The position numbers and the translations under genes are program-made. The notes under the pieces were generated by a model that was given only the letters and a program-made list of their open reading frames with translations, did no database searches and was not told the origin of the DNA. Of a stretch of DNA of 64,000 nucleotides, positions 53,828-64,000 are shown in pieces. Source of the stretch: the human T2T-CHM13v2.0 reference genome, Homo sapiens; the NCBI RefSeq assembly GCF_009914755.1, contig NC_060944.1. One strand, written 5' to 3'. Each line of letters opens with the position of its first letter. The first letter of the stretch is position 1.

Positions 53828-55765
53828 TTTTAAGTAATAAGTATATTGAGATATAATTCTCATTTTACAAAATTTTCTCTGTTAATGTGTATCATTCAGA
53901 GTTGTGCCACTATCACCACTATCTAGTTTTGGAACATTCTCGTCACCCCCAAAAGTCCTGTTCACATTAGCAGTCACTCCCCATTCCTCTCCCTTCCCCA
54001 ATTTCTAGTCAACCATTGATCTCCTTTCCGTCTGTCTGGATTTGCCTATTCTGAACATTTCATATAAATGAGATTACATAATAGGTGGTCTCTTGTGTCT
54101 GACTTCTTTCATTTAGCATAATGATCTCAAGGTTCATTCATATTGTACTATGTATCAGTACTTCATTCCTTTTTGTTGCTGAATAATATTCTCTTGCATG
54201 GATATACTACATTTTGTCTATCCATCCATCAGGTGGCAGACATTTATGCTGTTTCCACTGTTTGGTTATTATGAGTAATGCTGTTAGGAATATTCATAAA
54301 CTGGTTTTTGTGTGAACATAGGTTTCCATTTCTCTTGGGTAGATACCTGGGAGTGGAATTATTGAGTCACATGGTAACTCTGTGCTTCACCTTTTGAGGA
54401 CTGCCGGGCTGTTTTCCAAAGTGGATATACACCTTTACATTCCCGTTAACAACACATAAGGGCTGCAAGTTCTGTCACCCTCACCAACATTTGTTATTAT
54501 TTGACTCTTTGATTCTAGCTATCCTGGTGGGTGTTAAGTAGTATTTCATTGTGGACTTGACTTGTATATGCCTAATATTATAAATAATGATATTGGGCAT
54601 CTTTTCATGTGCTTATTAGGCATTTAGATATATGTTTTGGAGAAATGTCCACTCAAATCTTTTGTCCATTTTCGAAATCAGATATTTGCCTTTTAGTTGT
54701 TGAGTTGTAAGTTCTTTGCATATTTTGGGTACAAATCTCTTAACAGACATTTGATTTGCAAATATTTTCTCTCCTTCTGTGGTGTTTCTTTCACCTTTTT
54801 GATGGTGTCCTTTGAAGCACAAACATTTTAAATTATGATTAAACCCAATTTACTGATTCTTTGTCTTATCATTTGTGCTTTTAGCATTGTATCTAGGAAA
54901 GTACTGCCTATTTCAAGGACACTAAGATTTATTTTATTCTAAGAGTTTTGTAGTTTTAGTGCTTATGTTTAGGTTTATGGTCCATTTTGAGTTATTTTTT
55001 GTAGATAAGGGTCCAGCTTCTTTTTTTCCATGTGGGTGTCCAGTCATCCCAGCACAATTTGTTAAAAAGACTATTTTTGCCCCACCAAAAATAAATTGAT
55101 TACAATTGTAAGGGCTTACTTCTGGAATCTCAAATATATGTACATCTATATGTCTATCTTTATTCACAATTTCTTGATTACTTTAGCTTTGTACTAAATT
55201 TTGCAATTGGGAAGTATGAGTCCTCCAATATTTTCCTTTTTCAAAATTATTTCATCCATTCTAGGTTCCTTGCATTTCCACGTGAATGTTAGGATCACCT
55301 TATCAATTTCTGCAAAACGGGAAGCTGGGATTTTGATAGTAATTGCATTGAATCTGTAGATCAATTTGAGGAGTATTGCCATCTTAATAATATTAATGCT
55401 TCAACTCATGAACATGGGTTGTCTTTCCATTCATTTATATCTTCTTTCATTTCTTTCAATAGTTTTTTTTTGTAATTTTCAGTGTACAAGTCTGACCCTT
55501 CTTTTGTTATGTTTATTCTTTTCAATGCCACTTTTAGTACGTTGGCTTTCTTAATTTTATTTTTGTATTTTCATTGCTAGTGTATAGAAATACAATTGCT
55601 TTTTGTATATTTATTATGTATCCTGCAACTTTGCTGAACTAATTATTAGCTTGAATAGGTTTTTTGGTGTGTGTGTATTCCTTGTGATTTTCTATGCATG
55701 CGATCATACAATCTGTGAATAGAGATAGTTTTACTTCTTTCTTCCCAATGTGATGCTTTTATTTC
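53828..55765 (-). mobile_element. L1MB-like 3' segment (ORF2 C-terminal half and 3'UTR)
   Basis: ORF2 fossils [19 protein letters not shown]..., EKIFANQMSVK; 3'UTR ccccaaaag...attagcagtcactccccattcc. Confidence 0.92.
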
Positions 55766-55854
55766 TTTTTCTTTCCTAATTTCTCCAACAGAGAGATTGT
55801 ATGTATATATGTTATAAATCTATAAACTTTTGTAGGTATGTATGTTATAAATCT

Positions 55855-56060
55855 ATGGGCTTTTAAAAATAGGTTTATAATGTACATACAGAGAAGTGCA
55901 TCAATCATAAGTGTATAGCTCCATGAATTTTTACAAACTGAACATATTTGCATAACCAGCAAACCAGAGCCCCTCCTTCCTCTCTTTCCAGTCACTCCTG
56001 CACCCTCCACCCAAGGGTAACTACTACCCTGACTTCAAACACCTAAGATTAGTTTCACCT
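55855..56060 (-). mobile_element. L1MC/ME-like 3' terminal fragment
   Basis: acatacagagaagtgcatcaatcataagtgtatagctccatgaatttttacaaactgaac. Confidence 0.7.
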
Positions 56061-57125
56061 GAGAAACTCAACTCTCAAGGGTCATTTCCAATCCAGAGAA
56101 GGAGAAGTCCAGGAAATCTAAGGGAAGCAATTGAGAAAATGTTCCTGTTCAACCTGACTGCAGGCCCCTAGTGTTGCGTGGGGCATTTATTCAGTCTGCC
56201 CCCTTCTAATGCAATGGCCAGCCAATATGGGGTGCCTGGGCACCTCAGATTAGACTCCATAGACCCTCAACCCCTAAAGGGACAAATCAAAATGAGCCTC
56301 ACCAGACCCAGTAGAAGTGGCCATGAGGGATACATGGCCTCTGCTTTCCAAACCCCTCTCAGCAGCACCTCAGCAGTGCCTGGTACATAGTAGGTCTGCA
56401 ATGGATGTCTGCTGAGTGGAAAGATATAGCAAAGCCATGAAGTCTAAAGGAGCCAGGGACAATGGGAAATGAGGACATTCTGAGCCTGAAGGGGTTCCCA
56501 TGGTTCTTGTGCTGGCCCAATGATGTATTGTCCAGACCTGCTTTGGGGAAGGATTTGCTGTCCACTGCTGTCAGCTTCTGCAGGGTCTGCCCTGGCTGCA
56601 GAGGGTTTCCTGGACCATGGTGTGCTCCTTTCCTGGAGCAGCCATGTAGGGTGACTAAATGAGGTGGAGAATAAAGGCTTGCCCATTTCATATGTTGTGC
56701 ACAGTCTGATATGCTATATTCTGATGGGCTATACTCACCCCAGAGCTACCCACCAGCTTAGCCAAGACTTTGCTGGGCTGCAGCACAGCTGGACTTCTCC
56801 CTCTACGCAGCCCGGCTTCTCTTGCATCTTTTCTCAGGAACTGGTCCCTCATACACACCTTGCACCCCAAACATTCTCACAGTATCTGCTTCTGGAGAGC
56901 CACCCTGGCTGACCTGAGCATCCCCTTCCAGCACCTCCGTCTGCACCGTGGAGGAGTCACCTTAACGTCTCCTCCCAACATACCCTGTGCTTCTGTATGG
57001 CAGGGCTTATGGTCGCTTGTTTTATTTCTGCTGCCTGCCCTGTGCCTATGGGCACAGGACTGATGCTCAGCAAACATCTGCATCATGATTGAATGAAACC
57101 ACAGCCTGTTAGGAAAATAGGAAAG

Positions 57126-58021
57126 CAGGTCTCAAACTTTTTGCTCCCAAGGCTCCATTACACTCCTAAAAATTATGGCAGACCTCAAAAAGCTTTCATC
57201 ACGTAAGGTTATATTTGACACAGAAATTGAGAAATTTTAAAAAATGTTAATTTATTTAAAATAATTATAATAAACCTGTTACATGTTAACATAATACTTT
57301 TATGAAAAATAAATTTTCTAAAACAATTTTTTTTTAATTTTTGCAAATCTCTTTAATGTCTGGCTTAATAGAAGATAGCAGATTCTCTGCTCTATAGTCA
57401 GCCTGTTGTGACAGGTCATTCTGGTTGAAGTATGTGAAGAAAATACAGCTTCATGCAAATATGTACTATTGTCCCTTGTATCTGTGGGGGATTGGTTTCC
57501 GCACCACTGCGTCTACCAAAATGTGCACATACTCAAGTCACAGCCTGGGGGAACCTGTGGATATGAAAAGTTGGCCCTCCATATATGCAGGTTTCACATC
57601 CTTGGATACTGTGTTTTCCATCTGCATTTGGTTGCAGGTGTGGGACTCGCTGATAAGGACGGCTGACTGTATTTATTGAAAAACATGCACTTATAAGCGG
57701 ACCTGTGCAGTTCAAATCCATGTTGTTCAAGAGTTGACTATAGTTGGAAGAAGTATTTTCATCATCTTTGCAGATAATTATGGGCAGTGTTCTTTGATAA
57801 TACACCAAAACTCAACAAGTGGTAGTTTCTTAACAATTACTTGCAAGGTGGAATCTGAAACATGTCAATGAATTTGTCTGTACTTTGTTACATTAAAGTC
57901 TATGGTGTATTTTGCTTTCCATATAGATCTTTAACCTGTGCATGATTTTGATCTTGTAGACTCCCCAGAAGGATCTTGGGCACATGTAGGTTTCCCCAGA
58001 TCATACTCTTGAGAGCCACTG
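57126..58021. mobile_element. Charlie1-family hAT element containing a MER2B/MER8-like Tigger MITE (~57466-57740)
   Basis: tttttgcaaatctctttaatgtctggcttaatagaaga; inner gtgggggattggtttcc...gcagttcaaatccatgttgttcaagagttgacta. Confidence 0.8.
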
Positions 58022-58898
58022 GTGCAGGGAGTAAAGGTAGGGACCCCTTACATGCCATATGACCAGACCCAAGTGACTTACTCTAAGGTCTTTGTTCCTC
58101 ATCCGTGAAGCAGGATATCAATAGCATCTGTGTTATGGGGCTGTGGCTGGTACCACATATGATGAGTACCATTCAGCATGTAGTAGGTGCTTAGCAAATA
58201 TTAACAATCATTATGTTTTCCCTCTGCAAAGAGAAAAAAGATGGGAAGCAGATGTCCCCTTCATGAACAGGAAGAAGTAAGAGAGTTAGCCTAAATGGTA
58301 TCTAAGTCCTCCCACTGGCTATTATGCTCAGTCCTGACCACTTTATCTTTCATGGCCTTTGACTCTGCTATGTACTTGAACTTGATGTTCCTTAAGTGTG
58401 TTGTCATCTTAGGGCAATGCCCTGGGTTCCATGGTGGTGGGGTATGATGGGTTTGGCTCACCAGCAGTGGCCCCACAAATCAGAGAACACATTAATTAGT
58501 GACACAGTCCCAGGGCTCTCAGGACTTAGATACAGTTTTTATTAAATATGAATGGTCTTGTCCACCCTAAGGAATGATCCTCAACCACGGGGAAAATGGC
58601 CAGCCCATCGCATCAACTCCCTTTGTCCCACTAATTTTCCCCAGTGATTATCTTCTTTTCTGACCCTTGGGGCCATGGACTATGTGAGTTGCCTGAAGGC
58701 CTGGTGTCCAGACCAGAGTTCCTTGAGCTGCTCATCTGCTTTCTCTCTGAGCTGCTTATCCTCCACCACCTTCAGTCCCTCTCCAGCTAGGCTCTGGCCC
58801 TGTGGGCTATGTCCCCTTGGCAGAGCCTCAGTTTTCCCATTTGTGAAATGGGATCATTGTAGTTCGTCCCTCCCAGAGTTGATTAGGAAAAACTACAC

Positions 58899-59150
58899 AG
58901 GCGGAGGCGGACAAATCACGAGGTCAGGAGTTTGAGACCAGCCTGGCCAACATGGTGAAACCCTGTCTCTACTAAAAATACAAAAATTAGCTGGGCGTAG
59001 TGGTGAGCACCTGTAATCCCAGCTACTCAGAGGCTGAGGCAGGAGAATCTCTTGAACTTAGGAGGCAGAGGTTGTAGTGAGCCGAGATAGCACCATTGCA
59101 CTCCAGCCCAGGTGACAGAGTGAGACTGTCTCAAACAACAAAAACAAAAA
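58899..59150 (+). mobile_element. 5'-truncated AluS (Sg-like) inside a MIR
   Basis: tcacgaggtcaggagtttgagaccagcctggccaacatgg...; (CAAAAA)n tail. Confidence 0.93.
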
Positions 59151-61229
59151 CCCATGAAGCACTTATTTCATTACAAGCACCCATTAAATATAAGAATTAT
59201 TATTGTTATTAAAATTATTTAAAAATAAATATAATAATAGTAACATTTTTGAAATATCCACTAATAAATTTCCCCTTTTTGGTCATCTAGTTGCCTTTCT
59301 TGCAACTTTTCTAGATCTACACTGCCCCAGAGAAAGCATGGGAAAAAGTCTCCAGGGCTGAATTTGCTTTCCCATTTTTCAGCAGAAGAAACTGAGGGTC
59401 GGAGAACATGGGTGAGCCACTCAAGATGATGCAGCCACATTAGTAATAAATAGATGTGACATTCATTGCCAGATCTGCTTGAACCTGGAACCTTACATTC
59501 ACTTGTAATACAAAGAGTTAAAACAAGCAGATAGTAGGCAATCAATATAGGTAAATGTCCTGTGCTCACTTCTCAGACTGTCAGACACCCCAGACAACAA
59601 GAGCAGGTAGAATCCCCAAGTCTCAGCTGCCTAGCTGGGAGCCTCCCACTTGAGCATAGCCTGAACTTTGGGGTCCGCTGTTCAGAGCAAGCGTCTTGGC
59701 CAACTTTAAAGTAAGTGGTTAGTGGCTGTCCATCAGTTTTAAGTTCTTCAATCTGGGTGGGGTTGGCAGTAACCCTGTACTTCCCACCATGGGATCTATA
59801 GTGATGTCTCCTTGGTCATTTTTGATACCACTAATTTGTGTCTTCTCTCATTTTTTCTCGGCTAGCTTGGATAAAGGGTTGACATTTTTATTTATCTTTA
59901 CAAATAATCAGCGATGTTCCTAATAATTTCCTATTTTTAATTTCATGGCTAATTTTTATTGTTTCTTTTCTTCTGCTTGCTTTAGGTTTATATGTGCTTC
60001 TTCCTCAAATTTTTTAAGCTGGAAGTTTTGATAATTCATTTTAGATCTTTCTTCTTTTTTCATATAAGCATTTTATGCTGTGAATCTACCATTTTGCTTT
60101 TACAGAATCCCACATATTTTGATAAGATGCATTTTATTTTTGTTTAATTTAAAATATTTTAAAACTTCTCTTGTGATATTTTTTTTGACCCATGTGATAT
60201 TTGGAAACATACTGTTTAATCTCAAAATATTTGAGGATTTTTAAGCTGTATTTCTGTAACTGATTTCTAGTTTAATTCTATTGTAGTTCAAGAGTATACT
60301 TTGTATGATTTCTATTCTTTTAAATTTGTTAAGGTGTATTTTATGGCACAGAATGTGGTCTGTCTCAGTGAATGTTCCACGTGAGTTTAAGAGGAATGTG
60401 TAGTCTACTGTTGATGGATAAAGTAGTTTATGGATATCTGTAATATCCAGTTGATTGATGGTCCTGTTTAATTCAACTGTGTCCTTACTGCTTTTCTGCC
60501 TGCTAGATCTGTCCATTTCTGATAAGGGGATGTTGAAGTCTCCAACTGTTATAGTAGATTTATCTGTTTCTCCTTGCATTTCTATCAGTTTCTACCTCAT
60601 GCATTTTGATTCTCTGTTGTTAGGTCTATATACATTAAGAATTATTATGTGTTTGCAATATACATTTACAACTAATCTAAGTCCTCTATCAACCAACACT
60701 GTACTATATGATGAGTAGTAAAAGCACCTGAGCATTCTCAATCCAATTCTCCATCTGTCCTTTGTAACATTGCTTTCATTCATTTATCCATAAACTATAA
60801 TAACCTAATGCATTTTTACTATTATTATTTTGAACAATTTTCTATTAGATCAATTATAAGAAAAATAAAAGATTTTATTTTGCCCTCATTTATACATTAT
60901 CAAATGTTCTTCCTTTCTTTTTGCAGATTTGAGATTTCCTTTTGTTTGAAGAACTTTTAAATCTATTTCTTGTAAGGCAGATCTACTGGTGGCAAATTCC
61001 CTCAGTTTTTGTTTGTTTGAGAAAGTCCTATTTTTTCCTTCACCTCTGAAGAATAATTTTATTGAATATAGAATTCTAGATTGGTTCCCCCCACCCTTTC
61101 TTTTGACATTTAAATATTTCATTCAAGTCCCTTCTTGCTTGAATGATTTCTGTAGATCCTTGTTCCTCTGTAGGTAAGATTTGTTGTCCCCCTGATATCT
61201 CACTTCTGGATTTTTTCAAAATGGTCTTT

Positions 61230-61447
61230 CTTTCTTCGTTTCCCTCTCCTTTACTTTTCTTTTCCCTCCCCTCCCCTCCTCTCCTCTCCTCTCCTCTCAT
61301 CTCCTCTCCTCTCCTCTGCTCTCCTCTCCTCTCTTCTCCTCTCCTCTCCTCTGCTCTCCTCTCCTCTCTTCTCCTCTCCTCTCCTCTCTTCTCCTTTCCT
61401 CTCTTCTCCTTTCCTTTCCTTTTTCCTTCTTTTCTTTTCCTTTCCTT
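61230..61447. repeat. (CTCCT)n/(CTTTT)n polypyrimidine tract
   Basis: cctctcctctcctctcctc... Confidence 0.95.
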
Positions 61448-61654
61448 TGAATATGTCACAAAAAAAGCTTAGGTATGAATTTTTTTTGGCAAAAATATGC
61501 TTAGGTATGAATTTTTTGGCAAAAAAATATGCTTAGGTGTGGTTTTTTTGGGCACGTATCCTGCTTTGTTCTCTGGGTTTCCTGTTGTCTGTTATCAATT
61601 CGGGGAAAATCTCAGGTTTTATTACTTCAAATATTTCTTTTGCTTCTCTCCTTC

Positions 61655-61792
61655 TTTTGCTGCTTCTCCTTCTGGAATTCTCTTTTGCTTCTTCTCCTTC
61701 TGGAATTCTCTTTTGCTTCTTCTCCTTCTGGAATTCTCTTTTGCTTCTTCTCCTTCTGGAATTCTCTTTTGCTTCTTCTCCTTCTGGAATTC
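61655..61792. repeat. 28-bp minisatellite, ~5 copies (TTTTGCTTCTTCTCCTTCTGGAATTCTC)
   Basis: Units start at 61655, 61683, 61711, 61739 and 61767; one substitution in total, last unit partial. Confidence 0.97.
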
Positions 61793-63599
61793 CCATTACA
61801 CATAGTTATACCTTTTTTAATTGGCCCATGGTTCTTAAATATTCTGTTGTGTGTTGCTGTTTTCATTCTTCTTGCTTTTCAGTTTAGAAAGTTTCTACTG
61901 ACATATATTCAAGCCTACTGATTTTTTCCTCAACTATATCCAGTCTACTGATGGTCATCAAAGACTGTCTTACTTCCTGTTACAGTGTTTTTAATCTCTA
62001 ACATTGCTCCTTGACTCTTTCTTAGAGTTTCCATCTCTCCATTTACATTATCTACCTGTCCTTGCAGGTTGCCCACTTTTTCCATTACAGGCCTTAGCAT
62101 ATTAATCATAGTTATTATAAACTCCCAATCTGAGAGTCTTAGTTATCTAGCCCCAAGGAAATGAATTCTGTCAACAATCTCTGCCATATTTGAGTGTGGT
62201 TCTGAGTTTTTTTTTGTTTTGTTTCATTTATTTTACCTTTAGTATGCCTTGTAATGTTTTACTGGGAGTTGGACAATACGTATTGGATAATAGGAGCTGA
62301 GGCTTTGGTGTGAAGATTTCACAAATCTGGCTCAGAGTTGGGATATATTTAATGTTTGTTGTAAATGTAGGTGTCAGAGGCTTCACCTCCCTCTAGTGTC
62401 CCTTTTTCTCCCCTCTTGTCTTTGAGTTTCCCTTGAAACTCCTTTGGAATGAAGTCTGTGTCTTGCAGCTCTCTTGGTTGTGACCGATTGTTATAGTGGA
62501 GTGATGTAATGGTAAGGATGTAATGGTGAGGATGTAATGATAAGGATGTAATGGTAACCCGGGGGAGGAAGTGTTCTATAATCTTCTAATTACATCTCTG
62601 GGTTTTTTAAAAAGAGGAGGCTGGAATTCCTAGGCTGTGACCTCCAGAGAGTTTCTTAGCCTTTTTTTTCCCTCTCCCCTTAAGTGAGACAAGAAGGCTA
62701 GAGGGGGATCCAGCTGTCTAATTGCCCATCTTCTAGGGCAGATAAGGCTGCAGTAAAAGATTTTCCCTTGAGTACAAATCTTTGTTGAGGAAAACAGAAT
62801 GTTCTGGATATATTTCAAAATGCTCGCTTTTCCTTCCCCCCTGCTGAAAGCATGAGGGGATTTTTCTGAGAACTTGGTGGGGCTCCTGGAGAGAAAACTC
62901 ATGAACATGTGGGGGCCCCTTGTGAGACTGGCCACCGAGGAGTTTTTCATCTCCAGCTAAGTCCACACAGCCTCCAGCTGTGCAGTGACTAATCAGTTAC
63001 CGTTGGCGTTCCTACCTGCCATGGGCCCCAGCAGCTTCTGATCCCTGTGTGCTGTGATTTTAGCCACCTGTCTGTCTCCCAGATTTTGGAGTAATGGTCT
63101 ACACCATGATCACAATTCTCTAATGGATCTAAGAATTGTTGATTTTCAGTTTGTTCGGCTTTTTTCTTGTTGTGAGGATGAGAACGACCACTTCTAAGGT
63201 CTTTATATTTTGGAGCAGTAACTGGAAGCCTCCCTGAATACATTTGTAAGTCAAGTTGTAATGTATTTTATTGGCAGTTACTTGCAGGCTCTTGAAAAAC
63301 TCAGATCAAAGGCAGAAATGATCTCCTAGGTAAGCTAGCCACGTAATTGCCTCCATTACTCCAAGAGCCTTCTGCATGTGGAGGCATGTGGCCCTCTGTC
63401 AGCGTTAGAGCCGGGACAGCGCATCCTCTCAGCTCGGATTGGCAGGTAATGCGCGGCCATCTCAAGCAGCACCTGTGGGGAAGGCTTATCCCAGGTGGTA
63501 GTTTGTGCAGTCATGAGTAGGGCCAAAACTAGGGTGAAGCAGGACCCTGATAATGATGCCCCCCTAAAATTTGCATCTTTGTGCCTTCTCACCTCGCCC

Positions 63600-63850
63600 T
63601 GGTTCCAGCCCTGGTTATAAGCACAGGCTCAGAATCCGGTCTGCCTGAGCTCATCTCCATCTGCTACCTGCTCGCTGTGCAACTTTGGGTGAGAAAATAA
63701 CCTCTCTGGGCCTCAGTTTCTTCACTTGTAGAGATAAGGATAGTGCTTACTAGCAGGATTGTTATGCAGATTAAATGAATTAACATGGGCAACAACACTT
63801 AGAGTGGAGTCTGGCCAATCACAAGCCTCCAAAGTGTTAACCTCTTTTGC
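63600..63850 (+). mobile_element. MIR SINE
   Basis: aacctctctgggcctcagtttcttcacttgtagagataaggata...gattaaatgaattaa. Confidence 0.85.
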
Positions 63851-64000
63851 TATCTTCTCTTGCCCTGTGTAGCAGAAGCTGTTGGCCCACTCAGATCCCC
63901 TAAGTCCCTAAGTTGGCATGCACCTTGGCCTGCCCACCTCTGCCCACCTTGGCCATCCTCCCTTCTCTATTTGGCTGCCAGATGGCTTTTTCCTGAGCCC

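Larger units (their letters stand above)
59790..63235 (-). mobile_element. 5' part of an old L1 (L1MC/MD-like): 5'UTR, ORF1 and ORF2 endonuclease fossils
   Basis: EN motifs TVGDFNIPLS and TETDHIL (60241-60579); ORF1 CTD RILYSIKLFFRGEG...LREF; ORF1 GIPEGEE. Confidence 0.92.

Noticed and set aside
60241-60579. 112-aa endonuclease-like ORF
   Set aside because: Residual open stretch of a decayed L1 ORF2.

Overview
Primate (human-like) non-coding genomic DNA, about half interspersed repeats. I see no credible protein-coding exon, tRNA, rRNA, snRNA or CRISPR array. The long ORFs in the track come from repeats, a VNTR or low-complexity DNA; the only recognisable protein fossils are dead L1 ORF1/ORF2 and a dead mariner (HSMAR2) transposase. 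Repeats include ten Alus (8 on the minus strand), many L1 fragments (nearly all minus), L2/MIR/CR1 relics, MaLR/ERVL solo LTRs, DNA transposons (full-length HSMAR2, nested Tigger3 elements, MER1B, MER20, MER33, MER53, Charlie1) and a 19-bp VNTR. Structures that repeat annotation does not explain: (i) a 135-bp composite insertion at 9083-9217 copied from a neighbouring L1 end and from the HSMAR2 4.7 kb away; (ii) a 35-bp templated copy of unique DNA in the centre of a palindromic MER53; (iii) a ~174-bp, ~91% identical inverted repeat of apparently unique sequence (39377-39549 / 40019-40193) beside a homeodomain-motif-rich candidate enhancer; (iv) a CpG-rich, repeat-free candidate enhancer at ~31.5-32.1 kb. 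Repeat family calls rest on my recall of consensus sequences, so subfamily names and boundaries are approximate. I could not identify the genomic locus.
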